DNA of 41,624 bases from assembly GCA_046590915.1 (NCBI GenBank), contig JBKJTD010000412.1, positions 1-41,624 of the forward strand, read 5' to 3'. Under the pieces are notes generated by a model. It was not told the DNA's origin and ran no database searches. It saw only the letters and a list, made by a program, of their open reading frames with translations. The position numbers were made by a program, and so were the translations under genes. Shown here piece after piece: positions 14,524-24,142 of this stretch. Each line of letters starts with the position of its first letter. The first letter of the stretch is position 1. Source of the DNA: Vicinamibacterales bacterium. Lineage in GTDB: Bacteria > Acidobacteriota > Vicinamibacteria > Vicinamibacterales > SCN-69-37.

Positions 14524-17022
14524 TCACTGACCGTTAGGAAAGGCGAGGCGCTGCATTAAGGTGGCGAACCGTGGCTCACCCCGCAGGGTGTCGAACATCG
14601 GCTCAACCTTCAGATAGACGAGCAGACCGGAGCGGGACTCGCACGCCCGCTCGAGCCAGTCGAGCGCGTCGTTGCCGCGGCCCAGGCCGGCCAGCACCAG
14701 GCACAGGTCGTAGGAAGACGCCTCGCCCCGCCGGTAGCGCCGCTCGAGATCGCGCAGCACGTTCTCAGCCAGCCCGGTCCGCCCGGCCCGGCCGTAGATG
14801 TGGCCGAGCACCGCGCGCATCACGCTGCGCGGGTCATCGGCCGGCAACGCGGACTCGAAGTGAGCAATCGCCTCGTCATGCCGGCCGATCTGCGCGCACG
14901 CCATGCCAAGGTCGAAGTACGCTTGGACGAAATGCGCATCCATGTCGAGGGTGCGGCGGCACTGCGCGATCGCTTCGTCGTAGTTCCGCTGGAAGTGCAG
15001 GACGCGGCCGACCGCGGTGCTGATGATCAAGGAGAGCGGATCGAGTTCGTGCGCCCGCCGGATTTCCTCGGTCGCTTCGCCATGGCGCCCGAGCGCACTC
15101 AGCAGGAGGGCATACCGGTGGTGCGCGGCTGCGTGGCCTGGACTGAGCTTGCAGGCGCGGACGAACGCCGACTCCGCGGCACCCCAGTTCCAGTCGATGC
15201 GAAAGCGCACGAAACCGAGCGCGGTCTGGACTTCGGTGTCACCCGCATCGAGGCGCAGCGCCTGTTCCGCGGTCTCTCGCGCGCGGGCCATCGTCCGGGC
15301 CGACGGCTCTCCGTAGGCGGCGGCACTGAGCAGCGTCCAGCAGTCCGCAAGGCCGGCGTACGCCAGCGCGTAGTGGCTGTCTTCGGCAATGGCCTGCTCG
15401 AAGTAGCCGATGGCCTTCGTGAATCCGTCAAGCGTGCGTTTCGCGAGCTGATATCGGCCTTTGAGGTGCGCTTCGAATGCGCGCGGGTTGGCGGTGTGGC
15501 GTTTGACGATGCGCTTGCGCTCCGCCGGCGTCAGCCGCGGTCGCAGCTGTTCGGCGATCTCGGCGGCCGCCTCCTCCTGCAGCGTCAGCGCGTCGGAGGC
15601 GTGGCGCTGCATCTGTCCGCCCCATATCTGCGATCCATCATGCGTGTCGACGAGCTCGACAGCGATCACGACGCGGTCGCCGGCGGTGCGCAGCCGTCCC
15701 GTCAGCACCGCGCGGACGCCGAGCTCGCGGCCCACGGCCTGTGGATCCGCGTCGCGCCCCTTGTAGCGGAAGACCGTGCTTCGCGCCATCACCTTCAGCT
15801 GCGGCAACTGCGAGAGCACATTGATCAGGTTCTCCGTGAGGCCGTCGGCGAGATACTCGAGGCCCGCGTCGCCGCTCGCGGTCGCCAGCGGGAGCACCGC
15901 AATGGATTCGATCGTCTTGCCCGCCTTTTTCGGCCGCGTCACGAGACCGGCGCGATGACGGCCGCCTGACGCGGACACCGGGGCGTCGTACGCTTTCAGC
16001 GCCACGAGTGCGGCGTGCATCTCGCGTGCGCTCGGGAACCGTCCCGCCGGTTCCTTCGACAGCGCGCGCGTGAGACAGTCGACGAGCGCCGGCGGCGCGT
16101 TGGGCAACGGCGGTGGATCGTGCTCCAGAATCGCGACGAGGACATCGGCAATCGTGCGCCCGCTGAACGGAGCCGTGCCCGCGATCATCTCGTGCACGAC
16201 CACGCCGAGGCTCCAGACGTCGGTCCGCGCGTCGAGCGGCAGGCCCCGCGCCTGCTCGGGCGACATGTACCCGGGCGTCCCCATGATCGTGCCCGGCTGC
16301 GTCAGTGAGTTCGCGCGCGCCCCGTCGGCGGTGAACGTCTTCGCGAGGCCGAAGTCGAGCACCTTCACGTAGCCGTCGGGCCGCACCATGATGTTCTCAG
16401 GCTTCACGTCGCGGTGGACGAGGTCACGGCCATGCGCGGCGGCGAGTGCACTCGCCACCTGCGTTGCGATATCCACCGCCTCGATGATGCCCAGCGCTCC
16501 GTCGCGCAGCCGACACCGCAGCGTCCGTCCCTCGACGTACTCGGTCACCATGAACGGACGCCCGTCGATCTCGCCGAAGTCGTGAATGACGAGGATGTGC
16601 GGATGATTGAGCGACGACGCCGCTTTCGCTTCCTGGTGGAAGCGCTGCAGCTGCAACGGATCGGCGTGCACATGGCTCAAGAGCAGTTTCAGCGCGACGG
16701 GCCGATCCAGCTTGTCGTCGTGCGCGAGGTAGACCTCGCCCATCCCGCCGGAGCCCAGACGCGACAGCACGCGGTATCCGGCCGTCGTCTGTCCGCTGAG
16801 ATCCTCCTGCGGGGATTTTAGCGCTTCCACGAGCGATGGAGGCTGCTCGCGGAAAGCGGCGGCCGTTACGTGCGACGCCAGGAGCGCGTCGACCTGGGCG
16901 CGCAACGCCCGGTTCTCACCGCACGCGGCCGTGATGTATTCGATCCGCTGCGCACCAGTGCGCTCGACAGCCGTGTCGAAAATCTGTCTGACGCGTGGCC
17001 AGTCCTCGGGGCGGAAGGTCAT
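14524..17022 (-). CDS. Hanks-type Ser/Thr protein kinase with TolB-N-like domain and TPR repeats
   Basis: GSGGMGEV, VALK, HRDVKPEN, DFG, GTPGYMSPE, DVWSLG; SIAVLP...DGLTE.LI domain; C-terminal TPRs. Confidence 0.95.
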   Translation of the reverse strand: MTFRPEDWPRVRQIFDTAVERTGAQRIEYITAACGENRALRAQVDALLASHVTAAAFREQPPSLVEALKSPQEDLSGQTTAGYRVLSRLGSGGMGEVYLAHDDKLDRPVALKLLLSHVHADPLQLQRFHQEAKAASSLNHPHILVIHDFGEIDGRPFMVTEYVEGRTLRCRLRDGALGIIEAVDIATQVASALAAAHGRDLVHRDVKPENIMVRPDGYVKVLDFGLAKTFTADGARANSLTQPGTIMGTPGYMSPEQARGLPLDARTDVWSLGVVVHEMIAGTAPFSGRTIADVLVAILEHDPPPLPNAPPALVDCLTRALSKEPAGRFPSAREMHAALVALKAYDAPVSASGGRHRAGLVTRPKKAGKTIESIAVLPLATASGDAGLEYLADGLTENLINVLSQLPQLKVMARSTVFRYKGRDADPQAVGRELGVRAVLTGRLRTAGDRVVIAVELVDTHDGSQIWGGQMQRHASDALTLQEEAAAEIAEQLRPRLTPAERKRIVKRHTANPRAFEAHLKGRYQLAKRTLDGFTKAIGYFEQAIAEDSHYALAYAGLADCWTLLSAAAYGEPSARTMARARETAEQALRLDAGDTEVQTALGFVRFRIDWNWGAAESAFVRACKLSPGHAAAHHRYALLLSALGRHGEATEEIRRAHELDPLSLIISTAVGRVLHFQRNYDEAIAQCRRTLDMDAHFVQAYFDLGMACAQIGRHDEAIAHFESALPADDPRSVMRAVLGHIYGRAGRTGLAENVLRDLERRYRRGEASSYDLCLVLAGLGRGNDALDWLERACESRSGLLVYLKVEPMFDTLRGEPRFATLMQRLAFPNGQ

Positions 17023-17168
17023 GCGCGCGCCACCAGGTAGGTCTCGTTGACGAGCGCCGTCGTCTGCAGGACATGGTCGGGCCGCTCGGCCCGCATGTAA
17101 TGGTGGGGCAGGCGGCGCAATTCGTCATACACGAGCGGGACGAGATCGCCAGGGGTATCGGGGGCCAT
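17019..17168 (-). pseudogene. Truncated ECF sigma factor (TIGR02999-like), 49 aa
   Basis: Manual translation MAPDTPGDLVPLVYDELRRLPHHYMRAERPDHVLQTTALVNETYLVARA*. Its stop overlaps the kinase ATG (ATGA). Confidence 0.85.
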
Positions 17169-17264
17169 GGGTCGGGCCGGAATCTTATCCCATGAGTGAA
17201 ATGGCGCGCCGATGCCGCCTTATGAATTAAGATGCGCCCCACTCGTCGTCCCCAAGGAGGTTTC

Positions 17265-17816
17265 ATGTCCGTAAACCATGCACAGCGGGTAACCGCGGCA
17301 GCCACCGCGCTGGACGCGGCGACTGCAGCGTTCCTTTCGTTCCTGCACGGGCTGCCGGAAAGCACCGCGCTGCAGCCCCTAACTGGCGGATGGACTCCGG
17401 CAGGCCACGCCGCGCACATCGCTCTGACGAATGATGTTTTCCGGAGCGTCCTGGCGGGAGGTGCCGGGTGCAGCGGGCCGATCACGCCGTACGAAGGGAT
17501 TTCGGACTACGCGGAGACGACCTGGAACATGGACGCGCCTCCGCCCGCGACGGCGCCGCCGATCCTGATTCCGCCGACCGGGATTGGACGGGCGGACGCC
17601 GCTGAGCAACTGCGCCAGTCAGCCGCGCGCTTCAGGCCCGCGATCGTGGCGATGGATCCCGCGCTCGCGCGGTACTGCGTGCGCCTGCCGTGGGCCGCGG
17701 TGTCGGTGTACCAGATGTGTGAATGGGCCTCGGGACATACCGTCCGGCACATTGTTCAGGTCAACCGCGAGCTGCAGATCGGCGTGATGCGCGGCGTCGG
17801 AGGCGGAGGGGTGTAG
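17265..17816 (+). CDS. DinB/YfiT-like four-helix metal-binding protein
   Basis: AAGGAGG RBS; GGWT...HAAHI and C-terminal H..RH..Q motifs. Confidence 0.8.
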   Translation: MSVNHAQRVTAAATALDAATAAFLSFLHGLPESTALQPLTGGWTPAGHAAHIALTNDVFRSVLAGGAGCSGPITPYEGISDYAETTWNMDAPPPATAPPILIPPTGIGRADAAEQLRQSAARFRPAIVAMDPALARYCVRLPWAAVSVYQMCEWASGHTVRHIVQVNRELQIGVMRGVGGGGV

Positions 17817-17849
17817 CCGCACCCCGAACCCCTGGACCCTTGGACCTCG

Positions 17850-18188
17850 TTATTTGTGCGTCGCCGTCACCGTCGTCGTAATCCCGCCCCGGGCGGTGAA
17901 CGCCCCCGTCACCGTCATCCGCCGCGGCGAGCAAGCGGCGACCAGGTCGTCGAGGATCTTATTGGTGGCCGCCTCGTAAAAAATGCCCTGATTGCGGTAG
18001 TCGAGCAGGTAGTACTTCAGGGACTTGAGCTCGATGCAGGTGTCGCCCGGGACGTACTGAATCCGAATCTCCCCAAAGTCGGGCAGACCCGTCTTGGGGC
18101 ACATCGAAGTGAACTCGGGGCACCGGGTGTCAATCTCGTAATCGCGGTCCGGACGGGGATTCGGAAACGTCTCAAGCGTGGCGGCCAT
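17850..18188 (-). CDS. queF: NADPH-dependent 7-cyano-7-deazaguanine (preQ0) reductase
   Basis: EFTSMCPKTGLPDF, ELKSLK.Y, F.ARGG motifs. Confidence 0.95.
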   Translation of the reverse strand: MAATLETFPNPRPDRDYEIDTRCPEFTSMCPKTGLPDFGEIRIQYVPGDTCIELKSLKYYLLDYRNQGIFYEAATNKILDDLVAACSPRRMTVTGAFTARGGITTTVTATHK

Positions 18189-18282
18189 CCTGATATTGTA
18201 GTCAGCACGGGGTGCGGATGTGTTTGACACCCGTATGCCACGGGGCTACGATACCCGCCGATTTCACGATAGGAGTCTCAAC

Positions 18283-18582
18283 ATGGCTGACGCCCGCCGC
18301 ATGGGCAAGATGGAGTTGTTCGCCCACTTCGCTGACAAGTTCGACATGAAGCGGACCGTGGTGCGAGACCTCTTTGACGAATTACTGGTGTTGTCCGAGA
18401 AGGAGTTGAAACGGACCGGCGAGTTCACGCTCCCCGGCATGTGCAAACTCGTCGTGCAGCATCGTCTGGCTCGGGACGGCCGGAATCCGGCGACCGGCGA
18501 GACGATCAAGATTCCCGCCAAGACCGTGGTCAAGGCGCGAATCGCGAAGCAGCTCAAAGACGCTGTGCTGCCGCGCAAGTAG
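18283..18582 (+). CDS. hup: HU-family DNA-binding protein
   Basis: AGGAG RBS; R.GRNPATGETIKIPAK motif. Confidence 0.92.
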   Translation: MADARRMGKMELFAHFADKFDMKRTVVRDLFDELLVLSEKELKRTGEFTLPGMCKLVVQHRLARDGRNPATGETIKIPAKTVVKARIAKQLKDAVLPRK

Positions 18583-18609
18583 CCGCACACTTTTCACTCA
18601 GGAATCTGC

Positions 18610-18654
18610 CGCCCGTCCGGCCAGCGAGGTGCTGGCCGACGGGCGTCTTTTTTT
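18610..18654 (+). terminator. Rho-independent terminator after hup
   Basis: CGCCCGTC-CGGCCAGC...GCTGGCCG-ACGGGCG stem followed by a T-tract. Confidence 0.85.
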
Positions 18655-18710
18655 GTTAACGTAACTTGCTTGGCCATGCTCCCGTGGCTGATGCAGGAAG
18701 GACCGTGCTC

Positions 18711-20126
18711 GTGGCACAGGAGTTTGATGTTGTCGTCATCGGCGCGGGCACCGGCGGATACGTCGCGGCGATTCGCGCCGCGCAGCTGGGCCTCAAGACG
18801 GCGGTTGTTGAACGGCAGCCGTCACTAGGCGGCACATGTCTGAACTGGGGCTGTATTCCGACCAAAGCGCTGCTCGAACATGCCCATGCGTTGAAGATCG
18901 CGCAGGACGCCAAGGAGTGGGGCATCGTGCTCGGCGACGTCAAGCCGTCAATCGACATGAACCGCGTGAATGCCCGCCGCACCAAAGTGGTGACGGGGCT
19001 GACCAAGGGCGTCGAATTCCTTTTCAAGAAAAACAAGATTGAGTGGGTGAAGGGCACCGCGCGTCTGGCCGGCAACGGTCGGATTGACGTGACGGGCGAA
19101 CACTCCACCACCCTGCAGGCCAAAGAGATCATTGTCGCGACCGGATCGTACGCGCGCAGCGTGCCGGGAATCGAAATCGACCGCACGCACATCATCACGA
19201 GCGACGAAGCCATCAGCCTGACTGAGATTCCGAAGTCGATGGCCATCATGGGCAGCGGCGCGGTGGGCGTGGAGTTTGCGTCGATCTATCGCCGGTTCGG
19301 GAGTGAGGTGACGATCATCGAGTTGTTGCCACGCCTCGTGCCGAACGAAGACGAGGCCGTGTCCGCTGAACTCGAGAAGGCGTTCAAGAAGCGCGGCATC
19401 GTCGCCAAGACCGGAACCAGAGTGACGTCAGCTGTGGTGAAGGACGGTCAGGTGACCATCACGATGCAGAAGGGTGATGAGCCTGCCGTGTCGTTGACCG
19501 TCGAGAAATTGCTCGTGGCCACCGGTAGAGGGCCGGTGACCGATGGTCTCGGCGCGGATGTCGTCGGTCTCGCGATGGAGCGCGGATACATCAAAGTGGA
19601 TTCGTTGTTCCGCACGAACGTGCCCGGCATCTCCGCGGTGGGTGATGTCATCACGATGGGCGAAAAGCCGCATCAGCAACTGGCGCATCTGTCGTCGGCC
19701 GAGGGCATTCTGCTTGCCGAACGTCTCGCCGGCCGAGACGTGACACCAATCAATTACGACCAGGTGCCCGGCTGCACCTACTGCGATCCCGAGATTGGCA
19801 GCATTGGTCTCACGGAGAAGGAAGCTATCGCGCGCGGGTATGACGTGCGTGTCGGCGTCTTCCCGTTCGGCGTGCTTGGCCGCGCGAAGATCGCGAACGA
19901 AACCGAAGGCTTCGTGAAGATCGTCGCGGAGAAGAAGTACGACGAAATTCTCGGCGTGCACATGATCGGGCCCCGCGCCACTGAACTGGTGGCCGAAGCC
20001 GGTGTCGCGCTGCGTCTAGAAGCGACCGTTGAAGAACTCATCCGCACGATCCACGCGCATCCGACGATGTCGGAAGCGGTGGGCGAAGCGGCGCACGCTG
20101 TGCACGGCGCTGCGATTCACATGTAA
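18711..20126 (+). CDS. lpdA: Dihydrolipoamide dehydrogenase (E3)
   Basis: GAGTGGY, GGTCLNWGCIPTK redox disulfide, GSGAVGVE, HAHPTMSE. Confidence 0.96.
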   Translation: MAQEFDVVVIGAGTGGYVAAIRAAQLGLKTAVVERQPSLGGTCLNWGCIPTKALLEHAHALKIAQDAKEWGIVLGDVKPSIDMNRVNARRTKVVTGLTKGVEFLFKKNKIEWVKGTARLAGNGRIDVTGEHSTTLQAKEIIVATGSYARSVPGIEIDRTHIITSDEAISLTEIPKSMAIMGSGAVGVEFASIYRRFGSEVTIIELLPRLVPNEDEAVSAELEKAFKKRGIVAKTGTRVTSAVVKDGQVTITMQKGDEPAVSLTVEKLLVATGRGPVTDGLGADVVGLAMERGYIKVDSLFRTNVPGISAVGDVITMGEKPHQQLAHLSSAEGILLAERLAGRDVTPINYDQVPGCTYCDPEIGSIGLTEKEAIARGYDVRVGVFPFGVLGRAKIANETEGFVKIVAEKKYDEILGVHMIGPRATELVAEAGVALRLEATVEELIRTIHAHPTMSEAVGEAAHAVHGAAIHM

Positions 20127-20138
20127 TCGGAGTAGAGA

Positions 20139-21512
20139 ATGGCCATCGAAGTCACGATGCCCCAGATGGGCGAGTCAATTGCAGAGGGCACCGTCGTCCG
20201 CTGGATCAAGAAGGTCGGAGACAACGTCGACAAGGACGAGCCGTTGTTCGAAATCTCGACCGACAAGGTCGATGCGGAGATTCCAGCGCCTGGCGCCGGC
20301 GTACTGCTTGAGATCCACGTCAAGGAAGGCGAGACCGTTCCGATCAACAGCGTGGTGGCATTGATTGGCGCGGCCGGAGAGAAGCCGGCCGCATCGGCAA
20401 GCTCCGTCCCGGCAGCCTCGGCGCCAACTGAGCCGGCGGCGTCGGGAGGTCAAGCGTCGGTCTCTGGGCCAGACGGCAACGTGGCTGGAACAACAGCGCC
20501 GGAGACGTCGGCGTGGGCCGATGAAGTGGCCCCCGTGGCGCCGGCCGATCCCTCCAGCGCACTTGAAGCGCGGCTGCGCACCAAGTCGTCGCCTGTGGTC
20601 CGGAACATCGCGAAGGAACACGGCATCGACATCAGCAAGCTGATCGGCACAGGCATCTCCGGCCGAGTGACCAAGAAAGACATCGAATCTCAGATCGCTT
20701 CAGGCGTAGCAACTGCAGCGTCACCCACGCCATCCGCCTCCGCTCCTACGGAGCTACTGCGGACTTCGCCTACGCCACCCACGCCACCCACGCCACCTAC
20801 AGCGAAGCCGTTCCCCCCAGGCGAAAACGTCCGGATCGAACCGATGGGCGTAATGCGAAGGAAGATCGCCGACCACATGGTGATGAGCCTGCGCACATCG
20901 CCGCACGTGTACTCGGCGTACGAAGTGGACTTTGGCCGCATCGACGAAATTCGCAAAAGGAAAAAGGCCGAATTCGAAGCCATCGGCGTGAAATTGACCT
21001 ACACCGCATTCATCGCGAAGGCGACCGTGGACGTCATCCGCCAGTTCCCGTTCTCGAACGCATCGATTGACGGCGACAACATCATCTACAAGAAGGACAT
21101 CAATCTCGGCATCGCCGTCGCGCTGGATGCCGGCCTCATTGTTCCAGTCATCAAGAACGCGGACGAAAAAAACATGCTCGGGATCGCGCGCGCGATTCAG
21201 GATCTCTCCGGTCGTGCCAGAAGCAAGCATCTCAAGCCTGAAGAAGTGCAGGGGGGCACGTTCACCATCACCAACCCAGGGATCTTCGGCGCGGTGTTTG
21301 GCCTGCCGGTCATCAGCCAGCCGCAGGTCGCCATTCTTGGTGTCGGCAGTGTCGACAAGCGTGTCGTAGTGGTTGACGACATGATCGCCGTCCGCCCGAT
21401 GTGTTACCTCACCCTGGGCTACGACCATCGTCTGATCGACGGGGCCGATGCAGGGCGCTTCCTTCAGGCACTCAAAGAACGCCTCCAGGACTTTGAAGAA
21501 AGCTGGATCTAG
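20139..21512 (+). CDS. 2-oxoacid dehydrogenase E2 dihydrolipoamide acyltransferase (SucB/DlaT-like)
   Basis: Lipoyl domain (STDKVD), E3-binding domain, Pro/Thr/Ala linker, GGTFTITN, catalytic DHRLIDG. Confidence 0.93.
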   Translation: MAIEVTMPQMGESIAEGTVVRWIKKVGDNVDKDEPLFEISTDKVDAEIPAPGAGVLLEIHVKEGETVPINSVVALIGAAGEKPAASASSVPAASAPTEPAASGGQASVSGPDGNVAGTTAPETSAWADEVAPVAPADPSSALEARLRTKSSPVVRNIAKEHGIDISKLIGTGISGRVTKKDIESQIASGVATAASPTPSASAPTELLRTSPTPPTPPTPPTAKPFPPGENVRIEPMGVMRRKIADHMVMSLRTSPHVYSAYEVDFGRIDEIRKRKKAEFEAIGVKLTYTAFIAKATVDVIRQFPFSNASIDGDNIIYKKDINLGIAVALDAGLIVPVIKNADEKNMLGIARAIQDLSGRARSKHLKPEEVQGGTFTITNPGIFGAVFGLPVISQPQVAILGVGSVDKRVVVVDDMIAVRPMCYLTLGYDHRLIDGADAGRFLQALKERLQDFEESWI

Positions 21513-21521
21513 GAGGCGCTT

Positions 21522-22232
21522 GTGGTCCAGGGTCCTTCAGGGTCCACGGTCCCGGGTTCCAGTGCTGTGACGGTCCAAAGGCTCGGCACGGTTGACTACG
21601 CCGCCGCGCTGACGCTTCAGGCGTCGCTCGTCGACGATCGCAGGACTGGCCGCGTCGGCGACACGCTGTTGCTCCTCGAACATCCACCCGTCATCACGCG
21701 TGGCGTGAAGACGCGGCAGGGGCCCAATCACATCATTGCGTCCGAGGAAGAACTCGCGCGGCAAGGTGTGACGGTTCATGAGACTGGCCGTGGTGGTGAC
21801 GTCACCTATCACGGCCCTGGCCAGCTCATCGGGTATCCCATCATCGATCTGAAACCTGACCGCTGCGACGTGCACGTCTACGTCCGCGATCTGGAGGAAG
21901 TGCTCATACGCGCCATTGCGAATTTCGGAATGGTCGGCACACGCGTGAAGGGTTTGTCTGGCGTGTGGGTAGGTGAGTCCGGTCGTGAAAAGAAGATCGC
22001 CGCCATCGGTGTGCGGATCAGCCGCTGGATCACCAGCCACGGCTTTGCGCTGAACGTCGCCACCGACCTGCGCCATTTCCGACTCATCGTTCCATGCGGG
22101 ATCGCCGACAGAGACGTGACATCAATCGAGCAGGAACTCGGCCGCCCGGTGCCGATGTCTGATGTGGAAGATGCCGTGACGTCCGCTTTTGTCTCAGTGT
22201 TCGATCGGAGTTCAGATGGAGAGCCGGGCTGA
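21522..22232 (+). CDS. lipB: Lipoyl(octanoyl) transferase
   Basis: LLLEH.PV.T, RGGDVTYHGPGQL, KIAAIG, HGFALN, VPCGI. Confidence 0.95.
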   Translation: MVQGPSGSTVPGSSAVTVQRLGTVDYAAALTLQASLVDDRRTGRVGDTLLLLEHPPVITRGVKTRQGPNHIIASEEELARQGVTVHETGRGGDVTYHGPGQLIGYPIIDLKPDRCDVHVYVRDLEEVLIRAIANFGMVGTRVKGLSGVWVGESGREKKIAAIGVRISRWITSHGFALNVATDLRHFRLIVPCGIADRDVTSIEQELGRPVPMSDVEDAVTSAFVSVFDRSSDGEPG

Positions 22233-22248
22233 AGCCCGACGGCTCCGA
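22225..22248. repeat. REP-like palindrome, copy 2
   Basis: CGGGCTGAAGCCCGACGGCTCCGA; supplies the lipB stop codon; matches copy 1 in reverse orientation. Confidence 0.75.
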
Positions 22249-22252
22249 AGAA

Positions 22253-23089
22253 TCATCGAAGTGAATTCACGATGTCGGTCCGTTCGACCGGACTCAGGCT
22301 GGGCACAATGCGCGACAGGATTCGCCCATTGCCAAGTGTAAGCGGCAAGAGGCAAGCCACTCCACGCAGCTCGAACTCACCGGCAAGTACGGTCACGCCC
22401 GGTGTGTCCCGCCGCGTCCCGGAGATTAAACCCTCGATGACCGGCGCGGTGGCTGTCGCAATCGCGTTCGGCCCCGCAGGCCCGAGTACTTTGAGCTGCT
22501 GCGAAATGGCCAGGAGCCGGTGCGCCGGGATGCGGTCGGTCAGGAACGAGCCTCCCGCAGTCGCCGACGACCACGCCACCGTCAGCGCCGGCGGTCTGCC
22601 GGCAACCGTCAGTGACACATCGACACCTGAACCGTTGATTTCAAGTGCGGCCAGGCCTCTCGCAGCGGTGACCATCGCTGCAGCCGCCGTGCCGACGACC
22701 CGGTCAGGTGAGACATCCAGTTCCCGGACTACCGCTTCGATCAGCCAGGTCTGTTTGGTACCGGCAAAAACAAACGGCCCTGATGCGCCCGCAGCCACGA
22801 GTTGGCGGATCAGCGCGAGCCCCGCGTCGCCTTCCCACTCGCCGTTGGCGTGGGTGTCCGCGATAACAATGACGTTGGCGCCGACTGCCGCCAATGGATC
22901 GGCGATGCCCGATAGGCGCGTGTCGTAGCCCTCCACGGGCCCGGTCTGCCGGATGTCCAGTGCCTTGCCGGCCGCGACTGAGGTGGCCGCATCAATCAGG
23001 CGGATATCGCGCACCCTCGACCGACGTGCGAGGGTGTGCGCAATTCCGGCGCCGATGGGCCCGGCTCCAAGGATGGCGATTGTGGACAT
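22253..23089 (-). CDS. Malate/lactate dehydrogenase-fold protein lacking canonical catalytic residues
   Basis: ILGAGPIG Rossmann motif and GKALDI as in MDH, but no PRKPGMSR loop, NP, D..R or GGH motifs. Confidence 0.8.
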   Translation of the reverse strand: MSTIAILGAGPIGAGIAHTLARRSRVRDIRLIDAATSVAAGKALDIRQTGPVEGYDTRLSGIADPLAAVGANVIVIADTHANGEWEGDAGLALIRQLVAAGASGPFVFAGTKQTWLIEAVVRELDVSPDRVVGTAAAAMVTAARGLAALEINGSGVDVSLTVAGRPPALTVAWSSATAGGSFLTDRIPAHRLLAISQQLKVLGPAGPNAIATATAPVIEGLISGTRRDTPGVTVLAGEFELRGVACLLPLTLGNGRILSRIVPSLSPVERTDIVNSLR

Positions 23090-23131
23090 GCCACAGAGAT
23101 TCTACCGCCCATGCGATACTTGCGGGCGCCT

Positions 23132-23749
23132 ATGATTCCCGCGATTGAAGCTCTCGAACGACTCAGCGAAGGCAACCGCCGGTTTTGTGATGATGGCAGA
23201 GACAGTGAAGCGCTGACCAACAAAGCGCGCCGAAGCGCGGTGGCCGACGGTCAGGAGCCATTTGCCATCATCCTCGGATGCTCGGACTCCCGGGTCCCCG
23301 CCGAGATCATCTTTGACCAGGGGTTGGGCGACCTGTTTGTGATCCGTGTCGCCGGCAACATCGTGGCGCCATCGCAGGTAGGGAGCGTTGAATTTGCGGC
23401 CGCGCAGTTCAGCACACGCCTTGTGGTGGTGCTGGGGCATACCCAGTGCGGCGCTATCAGTGTGACCGTGGACGAGCTGAAGCGCCCACTGCTCGATCAG
23501 TCAAAACATCTGCGGTCGATCGTCGATCGCGTCAGGCCGTCAGTGGAGCCCCTGCTCGCCACCAATCTCCGCGACCGCCCGGAGGAGCTGCTCCGTGAAG
23601 CCGGCCGCGCGAATATCCGAATGTCGGTCAACCAGCTGCGACACGGATCCGAGATTCTCGAAAACCTGATCCAGAACGACGGTCTGCTCATCGTGGGTGC
23701 CGAATACTCACTTGAGACCGGCAAGGTTGATTTCTTCGAGCTGGGTTAA
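23132..23749 (+). CDS. Beta-class carbonic anhydrase
   Basis: GCSDSRV, FVIRVAGN, LGHTQCGA zinc ligands. Confidence 0.95.
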   Translation: MIPAIEALERLSEGNRRFCDDGRDSEALTNKARRSAVADGQEPFAIILGCSDSRVPAEIIFDQGLGDLFVIRVAGNIVAPSQVGSVEFAAAQFSTRLVVVLGHTQCGAISVTVDELKRPLLDQSKHLRSIVDRVRPSVEPLLATNLRDRPEELLREAGRANIRMSVNQLRHGSEILENLIQNDGLLIVGAEYSLETGKVDFFELG

Positions 23750-23770
23750 CCCTGCCGCTCGCGCGCGCTT

Positions 23771-24142
23771 TCACGACGTCGCATTTCCCTCGACCAGCAC
23801 CTGGAATCCGCCGTAGACCATCTTCTTCGAGTCGAAGGGCATGATCGCCGGATCAAAATCGGCGATGCGAGGGTCGGCGAGTACCTTCTTGTTCACCGCA
23901 TTCCTGTGCGCCTTCGACTTATAGACAATCCAGGACAGGATCACGGTCTCATTCCGCTTCGTCTTCGAAATCTTGGCGAACGATCCGACACCTTTGACGC
24001 TCATTTCGTCGCCGGTCGTCTCGAAATACGCAAGCGCGCCGTGATCGAGCCACACTTTGTTCGCCTTCTTGGCGAGCTTCTTGTACGCGGCAAGATTCTT
24101 GGTCGGGATCGGAATCAGGAAACCATCAACGTATTTGGCCAT
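23771..24142 (-). CDS. DUF1428 (YbaA-like) protein
   Basis: MAKYVDGF...W.DHGAL.Y.E...SWIVYKSK.HR...MPFD.K.MVYGGF. Confidence 0.9.
   Translation of the reverse strand: MAKYVDGFLIPIPTKNLAAYKKLAKKANKVWLDHGALAYFETTGDEMSVKGVGSFAKISKTKRNETVILSWIVYKSKAHRNAVNKKVLADPRIADFDPAIMPFDSKKMVYGGFQVLVEGNATS

Noticed and set aside
18189-18282. Possible preQ1 riboswitch upstream of queF
   Set aside because: No preQ1 consensus is visible, and queF looks leaderless.
20769-20801. 9-nt tandem repeat CCYACGCCA in E2
   Set aside because: Encodes an ordinary Pro/Thr flexible linker (PTPPTPPTPPT) typical of E2 subunits.
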